Assembly: GCA_000091205.1 (NCBI GenBank)
Contig: AP006494.2
DNA length: 64,000 nucleotides
DNA from: Cyanidioschyzon merolae
Lineage: Eukaryota
Reading direction: 5' to 3' (one strand)
Positions within the stretch are counted from its first letter, which is position 1, and each line of letters starts with the position of its first letter. The translations under genes were made by a program, and so were the position numbers. Below the pieces are notes generated by a model. That model was given only the letters and a program-made list of their open reading frames with translations. It ran no database searches and was not told the origin of the DNA. Below are positions 41,081 through 50,941 of this stretch, in pieces.

Positions 41081-44000
41081 TGATAGTGATGATGATGATG
41101 ATGATGATGATCATGACGATGATACGAATGCCCGGCTCGGAGACGGTGCTCCATCTGGTGACGCAGACGAAGACGGCCATGAGGATCCCGGTCGAACGAC
41201 GAGAGGCTTCTCCGCCCCCATCGAGTGGTCGACCGAAGATCGAATGGCGCTCGGTGTAGGCACATGCTTCGGACTTGTCGCGCTACCGTGGTCTCGTGCA
41301 GAGAACGAGTCGCTGTTTGTCATGCTCATGGATCGCTCACTATCGACAGCAACAGTGGCGCCCGGACCTGATCGTCGCTTGCTGCTCCTGCTGGTCGACC
41401 GTAACGCTCAAACCGTACACGCCAAGGCGATGAGCAGCCCGCTGGACCCCAGTGCATATGGCATCTATGCGCTCTCTGACGGAATGCTTCTCATTGTATC
41501 GCGCTCCACCGTTGAAGTCTGGTGCTTTCGCGGTACCCCGGAAGCGAACGCGAATGAAGAGCCATCGTCAGGGTTTTCGGCAAATGCGGGGACGTTCTCC
41601 TGCCTCGCGAAGCTTCCACACCGAGCGCTGCTTACCAGGAGGTCCTCGACGAGAGACGGCGCTCATGATATCACGGTGCGTAACGCCTTGTTCGACAGCG
41701 CACACCTCCAGGCAAACGGGGAACCTTCGGGGAGCGTTCTCATAACAGCAGCCGCGCTCTGGGAGGCAGCTTGCTCAAGGGAACAGCTTTGCGTGCTCCT
41801 TGGCGACGAAGATGGCTATCTATTCCGGTTGACGATTGTGCTCAGGCCCGTCGAGGACGGCATCCAAAGCGAAGCACTTTCCGTGCGGATGTTGGGACGC
41901 TTCCACGCACCCGTTAGCGCTCTCTGTTTCCTGGGCGGTGATGACATTGCAGCAGCCGCGGTCTTTGTGACCCTGGAGCAAGGGGATCATGCCGTTGTGC
42001 TCCTCGATAGGCCGCAGCTGCAAGCTGGGAAGCGCGACTCGCTTCCGGTCGCATCCGCGCTGCCGGATACGAGCAGCGACGGCACCTCTGCGTCCAGAAC
42101 GGAGCACCTGGCGGGCCTTGACGACGCCATGAGCAACAGCAACAACACGCTGAGCATTGTCGATACGATACCTGGTCACCATCCGGTGATCATGAGTTTG
42201 CTGTTGCGGACGGATCGCTGCTGCCAAGCTGAAGCAGCACAAACTGGCTGCCTGCCGACCTGGCAGTTACTGGGAGCGTCAGCTACCGCTGATCCCAATG
42301 AAACCCCCCTCCGTATCTTCGTACCAATGCGGGATACAGTAGCACTGGCACAGTCACCGGTGGACGGTCGAGCACAGCGGGTCTTCGCCCTGCCGCCGCT
42401 GCTCCAGCGTTCTACCACGGAACCGGCTGCAACGTTGCCGCCTGAATCAGTCTCCGATACCGCAACTGTTGCTCTCCTGGTGCTCTCGTTTACCCAGCAG
42501 ACGCGAGTGTTTCGCTTCCAGTCCCTGGCGCTTCACGAGGAACACACGCTCGGTTTCGAGCACAACACGAGCACCGTTCATGCAGCACTGCTCTGCAGTG
42601 ACTGGTCGCGTAGCGCTTGCTGCTGGGTTCAGGTTCACAGCCATGGGGTGCGCTTGATCGGTGCGGCGTCCTCGGACTCAAGAAGCGCCTCTGTGGTCGA
42701 CGTGTACACCGCCAGCACGCAGCAGCCCATTGTAGCGGCCGATAGCACTCTATCCCAAGTGCTGCTGCTCCTCGCCGACGGTCAACTGGTCTACCTGGTA
42801 GCTTCCGACACCGATTCGGATTCTGACAAGCAATCCAAAGTCAGAGGTAACGCTTCTCCGCCGGCCATGGAGCTCGGATTCGGGCCCCGGAGTGCTTTAC
42901 AAAGCGCTGCGGCGGCTAATGCGCCCACCGAAGCTCCTCCACGAATACCACCGTCGCCAACGAGTCGTGCTGTGGCCTGCTGCCTGGTGCCGCTGGATAA
43001 TCCATCATGGTCCTCGTATTTGGTTTACGTCGAAGCGGGTGCATCTCCAGTGCTGCGCATCTGTCAGGTGCCGGAGCGAGCGACGCACGCTCCCGTGCAG
43101 TGCCTGTACAGCGTGCTTCTGCCGCAGCTGCCAACCGGGATAGCTGCAGTGCACACCGCAGGCACAGCGTCGCTTGTCGACCTCTGGGCAGGCCTCGAAG
43201 ACGGTACCTTGCTGCGCGTTGAGGCGGTAGATGTGGCCGAGCTCCAGATGACAACAGAGCGAGGCACACCACGTCTGCACAGGTATCACCTCGGAGCGGC
43301 AGCCGGTCTGCGCCTGCGTCGCGTGCTGGTGCCACCAGCGCTCGGCACAGAAGCGTTGCTGGTGTTGGGCTCGAGTTCCTGGTTGATACCACTCTCGTCG
43401 TCGTCGTCGTCGTCGTTATGGACGCATCCGTACCCCATTCACGCTGGGCAGCTACTCGATGCCGCCAGTTTTCCCCTGCCGCAGATGTGCTCCACCGTGG
43501 ATCCCGAGACGCACTCAGAGGCTGTTGCGGTGTTTCCAGCGGCAACAGCGATCGCAGCGCTCAGCGAACAGGGTCGCACGCTCGAGTTTCTCAGCTTTGC
43601 CGCCGACGACTCGAGCTCTAACCTGCTCACCATTCGCCCAGTGTCGAAGCCGCAGCCAGCAGATGCTGCTGCATCAGGAACCACTGTGTCACGGAAGGTT
43701 GTCCGCAAACTCTGCTGGATCTTTCCCAATGAACTTGCCGCCATTGCGATAAGTACAGAAGGCGAACGCGGACCCCAGGTTCAGTTGCAGCTGGTACAGG
43801 TCCCCGGATCAGAACGGGTAGCGTCGCAGCACTTGTCATCGAGCGACATGGAGTCGCATGCTTTCTGGCAGCATTTGCGGCTTGACGGAGGTGTGCGTAT
43901 CGCCGGTGCACCCGCCTGGGGCGGTATACGCGTCACCAGTATGATCAGCGTCGATTTACCGTCATTATCATTACCATCGTCAGATACAAAGAACGAACAG

Positions 44001-45194
44001 CAGCTTCACGCTGCCGGTCGAATGCCTGTTGCCCTGCTGGTTGCCGTTGCACCCCCAGCTGCTGAAGCGGAAACCGCGCCGGAAAGCGGCGATGTAGCGC
44101 GGGCGTTCCTCCTGACGTATCTGGTGGAGCGGCAGGCAGCGAGCGATGCGCCCTGGAAACTCGTCCTGACTGAGCGCTTATCGTTTCCCGAATCCATTGG
44201 TGACCTATCTAGGGTTGGGCGGCACCTCGTGGTTGCCCACGGCAATCGTCTGGCACTCTATACGCACACGCGTTGCGGCTGGCGCCCGTTGACCGTGAGT
44301 AAGCGCGCACTTGCCTCTCCTATCGTCGCACTGACCGCTCACGAAGCACTGTGTCGTATTTTCGTCGCTAGTTTACATCACGGCATTAGTTTATTCAAGT
44401 ACTATGTACAAGAGAATCGACTTGTTCTAGTGGCTGAGGACATGCAGCGGCGCTGGATCCATCGGCTCCAGCTACTCGATGCAGATACCGTTGTTGCCGC
44501 TGACAAGTTCGGCTCCATCGCGGTGCTGCGTCTGCCGGTTGAGTCCAGTGCAGCGATTGAGGGTGATCCCAGTTACGGGCGTCTGGCTGAGCGGTACGGA
44601 GCCAGTCCCGAGTCAGCGCGTTCTTTTGTGGCGCGTCTCATGCCCGAATGCTCGGTCCATGTCGGTAGCGTGGTGACGAGTCTCCATGTTTTCGGCTACG
44701 GAGCCGCCACCGATCCAGATGCAACCCCAGCATCCGCACCCCGATCATGGACAGAAGCGGAAGCAATCCTCTACGGTACCGTGAGTGGAGGATTCGGGAT
44801 GTTGATTCCTTTTCGAACGCGAGCCGAATGGGATATTGTGCAGCGCCTCGAACGAGAGCTGCACTTGTTCTGGGCGAAATGCTGTGCACCCGGGCACACA
44901 ATGGATGCAACGCATACCCGGAACCTGCTGCACGCGTCCGTGCTGCGCTTTCAAGGAAGGATCGAACCGACACGCCATGTTGTCAACGGGCACTTGTGTG
45001 GATTATTTGCCCTCTTGGATCCTGAGACACAGCGGAGCATTGCGGCACGTGTGTTGGGTCTCCAGGAACCGTCGACACCAAGCGAAGAACAGCGAGCGCT
45101 GACGCTCCTGCTCAGCACGTTGCATCGACTGTATGCACGGGTGCTGTGGCCGCTTGGACACGAGGTTCAGGCGGCTCCGTTGCATGCGACGTAA
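40158..45194 (+). CDS. SF3B3/Rse1-like splicing factor (DDB1/CPSF160/SF3B3 beta-propeller family), 1678 aa with large inserts
   Basis: The C-terminal CPSF_A region …QENRLVLVAEDMQRRWIHRLQLLDADTVVAADKFGSIAVLRLP…ILYGTVSGGFGMLIPFRTRAEWDIVQRLERELH…VVNGHLCGLFALLDPETQ parallels human SF3B3 …NENQLIIFADDTYPRWVTTASLLDYDTVAGADKFGNICVVRLP…LVYTTLSGGIGILVPFTSHEDHDFFQHVEMHLR…VIDGDLCEQFNSMEPNKQ. A mid-protein block …LVLSFTQQTRVF…GF…VQVHSHGVRLI is shared across the family. The ATG is at 40158. Inserts include a ~30-residue poly-Asp tract. Confidence 0.8.
41044..41125 (+). repeat. Coding (GAC/GAT)n microsatellite that encodes the poly-Asp tract inside the SF3B3-like gene
   Basis: gacgacgacgacgacgacgacgacgatgacgatgat… read directly. 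It translates to DDNDDDDDDDDDDDDDSDDDDDDDDHDDD. Confidence 0.95.
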
Positions 45195-45864
45195 TGCCGG
45201 TTTCCTAGCGATTTGCATGGACGCGGTCATGCTGGTACCGCGTCAGGCACCTGGTGCACGTCCAGTGCCCAGCATGGATGACGGGATCGCGGCAGTGAAT
45301 CCGACGAAAGCTCTTGGACGGATTTCGATGCAGCCATTCGTCTACGTCGATGGTCCGGCTACTGTCGGAGAATCGCTGGTGGAAATGTTTTGCATTTGCG
45401 CCCGGACGAACCCAGAACAGATCCCTGAACTCTTCTGATAGGCATGGAATCAACGTAATGAATACGCATTCGCTGGGAGCGACTCAAGCATCCTTGCGAA
45501 GCGCTCGGCGTCGAAGCGGGTCCTATCGATTCACGTCCGGAAATGATGCAGCAGCTGCGGTTGGGTATTCTGCGAATTACGATATTAGGCAGCGTGCTGG
45601 CTTGACAGATCCGTGTCCATGGGAACGCGTACCTCAGGTAAATCCAGCCCGCTGCGAACATCAGATACACATAAACTGGACGTGCCGCAAATCGCACAAT
45701 CCGCAAGATCACCTATTCACCCTGAGCGCCTCTAGCATACGGAAAGCACTCGTATCGTCTGGAGCTTGTAACCAACAAGCACTCCAGCAATGAGGTCCAG
45801 CGTACTGCGTCGCGATCGGATTTCGACCGGAGGCTCATTCGCAGAACTTGTCACAGAAACGTCG

Positions 45865-47442
45865 TCACCACTGATGCACCAGTCGATGTCTCTCGGAGAC
45901 AGTGACCTGGGACTTTATGTCGCCGTCCTGCTGTCGGTAAGTCGCCTCTTGTTGCTGGCGATCATTGAATCCACAGAACTCGAATCGCAGCGACTGAGGC
46001 TCTGCTTCTCGTAGAGTAGCCCATAGTTCTCGCAACTGCGGCAGCTCGTCTACGTGATAACAAGGCAGACGTTGTAGCGAGCGTTCCATTTCCTGGATTC
46101 GCTCCTGACGGGTGCGCTGGGCGAATACGCGGTTAGCAACTGGTGCCACGCTCTCCGCCGACACCGGTGTCGATGTTGGTGTATCCTGAACGACCCAAAG
46201 GCCGTTACCGTTGCCACAACCACCCGGACACGCCATGACTTCCACAAAATTCCAGTTACACCGGCCGGTATGCTTATATTGGCGAACGATGTTCTGGATG
46301 TTTCGAAAGCCGTACGCAGTTGCTACCGAGTACCTCAATTGCAGGTCGTCGTCTGCGATGACTGGCCGGAAATTCACGACGAAATCTCCCGAGCTCCGAT
46401 GCTGGTAGAGCAGCAGCTGCCGTAGGTCGGGGTTTCTTTCGCGGACAGCGGCTGGTTCGAGCACGGCGTCGCTCACCCTGTGCTTGAACACGTACTGCGC
46501 AACATAGCGAAATACTTCGACGGCGTAACCCCCGGAGAGGCCTCCAAAAGTAGCCCACCACGCGCCTCGAAACTTTGTCAAAGCCGACACCTGTTGCGAT
46601 ATACGAAGCTGGCGTCGAGCATCGTTCGGCATATGCGGCGGGGCGCGCTCCGCCAGCTCGAGCACCTCTGTCGCCGTCAGCACGAAAACGTGCTCCGAGT
46701 CCTTTGCATCTCGCTGACTCTCCAGCTTCTTGTCATAACATGGTGCGATGCTTACAGTCCAGGCATGCTCCCCGAGTTCATGACGGACCAAGAGCTGCAT
46801 CATCGCTTGTGGTGACTTTGCGGTCGCCAAACACGATACCAAATGGGGTTGTGTTTTCTCTACATAGAATGTCCATCCTGGACAAGCACTTGCAAAAAGC
46901 GGTTGCTGTGCTCCTGAACCATCGTTCTGGTCAGGTTGCAGCCGCTCGACAGCTTGAGCGCAGGTCTCCAGAACCGAGAGGCAACGCCCAACGCTATTCA
47001 GAACGACGGCGAAGGCGCCGAACTTGTCAAAGATAGTTTGGATCCTCTCAAGTACAGACTCGATTTCGGCTAGCTTCCACACCGATGCCAGCGAAGCCAC
47101 AACTGCCGGTGCGACAACGACAGCACCAAACGCGTCCGCGCTCTGGCTGCAGGCCGTCACAAAGTTGTCCACCGAGTGCGTTGCCAAGAGAACGGTTTCT
47201 GCGGAGGTAATGCAACCGCTGCAGGACAGACAGTCGGATAGCGTCACTCGAGCAACCGGTGTGTTCGTCTCGCCGTTCGCATCGTGAGCGTTGTGCGAGT
47301 AAACTGGTGCGGCAACAGAGCCGGGAGGTGGTAGCCCACCCTGGAGCGGCAGGACGCACGCCGTAGAGCTCGGGAGAAAATCGTCAAGGTCTGTAACGCG
47401 CAAGCCCGTCGAGAAGCGTGATTGTTGTGTGTCCCTGGGCAT
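45865..47442 (-). CDS. NARFL: Cytosolic Fe-S cluster assembly factor NARFL/Nar1 (iron-only-hydrogenase-like)
   Basis: The N-terminal ferredoxin-like Cys cluster …TLSDCLSCSGCITSAETVLL…, the H-cluster-like motifs …SACPGWTFYVEKTQPHL…TAKSPQAMM… and the C-terminal …MACPGGCGNGNG… parallel Nar1/NARFL (…ACLSCSGCVTSAE…, …CPGWICYAEKTH…, …MACPGGC…). The track start 47463 is GTG; the ATG is at 47442. Confidence 0.85.
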   Translation of the reverse strand: MPRDTQQSRFSTGLRVTDLDDFLPSSTACVLPLQGGLPPPGSVAAPVYSHNAHDANGETNTPVARVTLSDCLSCSGCITSAETVLLATHSVDNFVTACSQSADAFGAVVVAPAVVASLASVWKLAEIESVLERIQTIFDKFGAFAVVLNSVGRCLSVLETCAQAVERLQPDQNDGSGAQQPLFASACPGWTFYVEKTQPHLVSCLATAKSPQAMMQLLVRHELGEHAWTVSIAPCYDKKLESQRDAKDSEHVFVLTATEVLELAERAPPHMPNDARRQLRISQQVSALTKFRGAWWATFGGLSGGYAVEVFRYVAQYVFKHRVSDAVLEPAAVRERNPDLRQLLLYQHRSSGDFVVNFRPVIADDDLQLRYSVATAYGFRNIQNIVRQYKHTGRCNWNFVEVMACPGGCGNGNGLWVVQDTPTSTPVSAESVAPVANRVFAQRTRQERIQEMERSLQRLPCYHVDELPQLRELWATLREAEPQSLRFEFCGFNDRQQQEATYRQQDGDIKSQVTVSERHRLVHQW

Positions 47443-49216
47443 CAAAGCATCTGTCTGGTGCACTCTGGTTCAGGTCTCCGGGCAAAGCGCGGTTGAGTTT
47501 CCTGTTCCAAGAAAGCGCTGCAGCACCTCGCAAGCGAAACGTGTCGATAAGAGACGGGTACGTTTCTATGCGCGCGGGCGCGGGTGCCTCTCGGAAACCG
47601 CGACAGTGCGAGGCCCCCGGACAAGCCTACCCAGCAAAGAGGACAATCATGGTAGTTGTACTCGGGAATACTGAAGCGTGAAACAGTTTATGGAAGCATT
47701 TGCACAGGGCAAGGTCGCAGCGTGAAACAGGCAATGGAGACACGCGAATAAGGTGGTCTTTCCACTCTGACAACCTCTCTGGTGTTGCACTCCCGCTGCA
47801 CAGTGTAATCGAGGATCGAAATCGCTATGCAAAGAACCACGTAGATCGTAGTCGCATTGCCTGTAGGATAGGTGTATATTCTTTGCTGAAGAATCTAAGC
47901 AAGAATGCATATTTCCCCCTGAGGTCAGAAGTACCGCATTACTGAGGTGGTCGAGGAATACTGAAAGAGAGCGCTATATGCGTTGCGCGCCAAAAACCGA
48001 TATTTTCAAAGTGAGCTTGCGGTCCATGGTAGAAATCGACCCCTTCGTTACCTTGGGGGAAGCAAACACGATTATACTAGACGGGACGGGCGTCTCGGCT
48101 TCCGAAAGGCTTGCTCCTGTGGCCCTGAGAACACTGGGATACAATCGCAAAGTCCTAGTACACTCACGGCCATCTTCTACCGAAATTGCAACGACAGCGT
48201 CCGTGGAACTCAGCGATCCGTATAGAGCACAGGGACGTCGATCCATTTTTTCAGTCGATGAGACTTGCTGCTTCCCCTGATGTCTGGCGACATCCTTCTT
48301 TTCGACAACGTGGCATTTCACCATTCCTGTTGCGTTCAAGGCCTTCCCGATTCCATCGGAGTAGAGCCGCTTTTGGCTCCTCCGCACGCTGCGAGGTTCA
48401 TCGTCATCGAGGGAGCGTTTCTGCTATCGGGAAACGCAACGATCCCGCCACTGGGTGAATCGCTGAGACCTTCGGCACACGGCGACACGCCGGGGCATAT
48501 CGCGTCTTTCTTGCGCAGGTCTTTCTCGATCCCAGAAGGTCCTCACCTAAGGGCATAAAGAAGCGCGTTCTTTTTAAAAAACTTTTTAAGAGATGAGCTG
48601 GAGTGCACGCCTCAGAGTGTGGAGATGGAGACAAACTAGCAGGGTGCCTCGGCGATGGAAAAGCGCGGAAACCTGACATAGTAGGAGATAGCGCACAAGG
48701 CACGAGTTCGAGGAATCCTTGCATTCATGAGTTGAACCAGAGCCGATCATCGCATAGAGTTCGTGACGTCTGTGTCCCTGGGGTCTCGGCACCGTCCCGT
48801 CGGGTAAAACACCTTTTCCCGCTTATACGCCCTCCTATTCTTCTTCTAATTCTTCTCTTACTGGTTGGCGAGAAGTGCATTTTTTCCGTTTTTTCCACCA
48901 GCCAGCGACACCGCGCCTCCAGGATCCCCGACTTGCACACCGATACATTTCCCTTGGATTTTTCTTTCTTCAAATGCACCCGATCTGAACAAATCCCGTA
49001 TAACCCTCGGAAAAAAAGCATGTAATGCCATGCACCTAAAAGTGGAACACAATTGATGTGACTGGCTGGAACGCGTCCACCGCCGTAAGGCGTGTCACGC
49101 ATGCAGGCGTCACGTGACACGGAGCGGCGGCGGCGTCGCGGCGCACTCGCTCGCTACCACAGCGTCTTCGTCGGGATGGATACTCCTCAGCGCTGGTGCC
49201 TTGGTTGCTGTGGAAC

Positions 49217-49513
49217 ATGTCTCTTGTGTCGGAAGGGGTCGCTGTTGGCAAACAGAAGGGGCACCAAGTGACGAAACGGGTGCTCCCAGTGCGGCCTGCA
49301 CAGCGAAAGGGTCAACTGTCAAAGAGGACGCAGTTTGTGCGGGCGCTCATCAGGGAGGTTGTTGGGTTCGCGCCCTACGAGCGACGAATCATGGAGCTAT
49401 TACGGATCGGCAAAGACAAAAGGGCACTCAAGTTTGCGAAGAGACGCCTTGGTACCCAGACCAGGGCCAAGAGGAAGATCTCGGAGCTCGCAGACGCGTT
49501 ACGGAGGCGCTGA
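49217..49513 (+). CDS. RPL36: 60S ribosomal protein eL36 (RPL36)
   Basis: [98 protein letters not shown] aligns along its full length with eukaryotic eL36 (…VGLNKGHKVTK…[63 protein letters not shown]…). The track ORF begins at GTG 49196; the ATG is at 49217. A CT-rich tract lies ~300 bp upstream. Confidence 0.9.
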   Translation: MSLVSEGVAVGKQKGHQVTKRVLPVRPAQRKGQLSKRTQFVRALIREVVGFAPYERRIMELLRIGKDKRALKFAKRRLGTQTRAKRKISELADALRRR

Positions 49514-49537
49514 ACGTTCACCACGGGTCGGTGCACG

Positions 49538-50941
49538 TCAAAGGCGCGTCGGCGACTCTTCCGAGGAGCTGAACTCGATCTGACGCCAGAACTTGGGCGT
49601 GGGCGGTGTGCGCGGACCTTTCGTCGTTGTTATCTTGCGTGCCCGTCTGGAGCAGCGCTGAATCTCTCTCTGCATATCTGGGGGATAACTCCCAGCAAGT
49701 GTCGTAAAGAACGCTTTGCACGACGGGCATCGACAAGTGGAATCTTCGTCAGCGGACTTGCGGGCGTTCGGTGACGTGGTAGGTGCAGCTTCGGCGCGTT
49801 GGTAAGTTGTTTGCTGCTGAGCAAGTTCACGCTTCGTGAGCTGTGCGTCCGGTCTGCCAACGTCAGCAGGCTGCGGCTGGTCCTCTGCTGGAATCGCCCT
49901 GGGCACGCGCTCCCCGCCCAGTTCAGTGAAATGCATTTGGGGTTGACGAATTCCGATTGCTCTCGTATTCGCAGTCCCTAATCTAGCTGGCGTCTGATAA
50001 GCAGTAGCGCAGAGCTGGCGCTCAGCTTGTGCAACATGCTCCAAGCATGATCTGGAGCCTGCAGACGCAGATGGAGGATCAGGAGTCGCTCTCGGCGAAC
50101 TATCTGCCATCGGAGCCACCGTAAACCATGTACTGCTTGGCGCTGCGGCTCGGAGCGATGGAAGGGGCGTGTGCTTCGAGACGTCATCACCGTGTGCGGT
50201 AAATTCTCGTAGACATTCTCCATTCATCTCGCCGAATTGCACAGAATCTATTTTGTCGCAGCACAAAGCGTCCGCATCTGGCAGGGAGCATGCCGTCACC
50301 CCGGGTACTCGATACTCACTTTCATACGTTGCCTTCAAGGGATGCACACGTCGCCGGTAACGGCCGGTGCATCCGAACGGCCGTGCTGCGCACTCCAGAG
50401 TCAAACGTTCCTCTTCCTCTTCAGTGCTGTGGCGTACTGGGTCCGCCTCAGACCGACGACATTGTGGCACCGCTGCATCCGTCGCTGCCGCAGCGGAGTC
50501 GCCACGCGTACCACTGCCAGGTGAGTCCGTGCAGGTTATCGAGTGCTGTTCTGAGCAGGCGACTGAACGACGATACTGCCGCTGGCATCCGCGAGACGCT
50601 GCGCTGTAGAGCGGATCTTCGCGCTGCTCCCTCAAAAAGAGCGTCTTTAGGGACTGCACAATAGCATATACACGCTCCAGCTTCGCTTCGATGCACCTCA
50701 ACTTGGTCGCAACCTTCCCGGACGCAATAGTCCGCATCCGTCGAGGGATACCAATCTGCCCGCACTTCCGACGATGCCTAGTAGCTCGCCCGCGCCGGCA
50801 TTCGCGTCCGCAGCATAAACGCTCAGCGTGTCTGGTGCACGTCGAGCCTCGGGCGAACGCAGTGCCCTCAGACAGGGCGTTGGGCTCCCCCGGGGCACTT
50901 TCTCGAGCAAAACCTCTCCCAGTAACCATAGCGTCTTGCAT
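49538..50941 (-). CDS. Hypothetical protein (467-aa ORF), no family recognised
   Basis: An uninterrupted 1.4-kb ORF with an ATG at 50941, too long to be chance at this GC content. It is Arg/Ser/Cys-rich low complexity. Its stop lies 24 bp from the eL36 stop, making the pair convergent. Its ATG overlaps the candidate ATG of the CDT2-like gene (CATG at 50939–50942). The true 5' end may instead be the internal Met at ~50737. Confidence 0.4.
   Translation of the reverse strand: MQDAMVTGRGFARESAPGEPNALSEGTAFARGSTCTRHAERLCCGRECRRGRATRHRRKCGQIGIPRRMRTIASGKVATKLRCIEAKLERVYAIVQSLKTLFLREQREDPLYSAASRGCQRQYRRSVACSEQHSITCTDSPGSGTRGDSAAAATDAAVPQCRRSEADPVRHSTEEEEERLTLECAARPFGCTGRYRRRVHPLKATYESEYRVPGVTACSLPDADALCCDKIDSVQFGEMNGECLREFTAHGDDVSKHTPLPSLRAAAPSSTWFTVAPMADSSPRATPDPPSASAGSRSCLEHVAQAERQLCATAYQTPARLGTANTRAIGIRQPQMHFTELGGERVPRAIPAEDQPQPADVGRPDAQLTKRELAQQQTTYQRAEAAPTTSPNARKSADEDSTCRCPSCKAFFTTLAGSYPPDMQREIQRCSRRARKITTTKGPRTPPTPKFWRQIEFSSSEESPTRL

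Noticed and set aside
40158-45194. Calling the 1678-aa propeller protein DDB1 (UV-DDB) or CPSF160, which would make an XPC–DDB1–CDT2 repair cluster
   Set aside because: The C-terminal blocks match SF3B3 specifically: SGG-G-L-PF, GDLC/GHLC, and the ADKFG…RLP segment. DDB1 has GDLIESF and no SGGIG motif. The family is certain, but SF3B3 is the better subfamily call.
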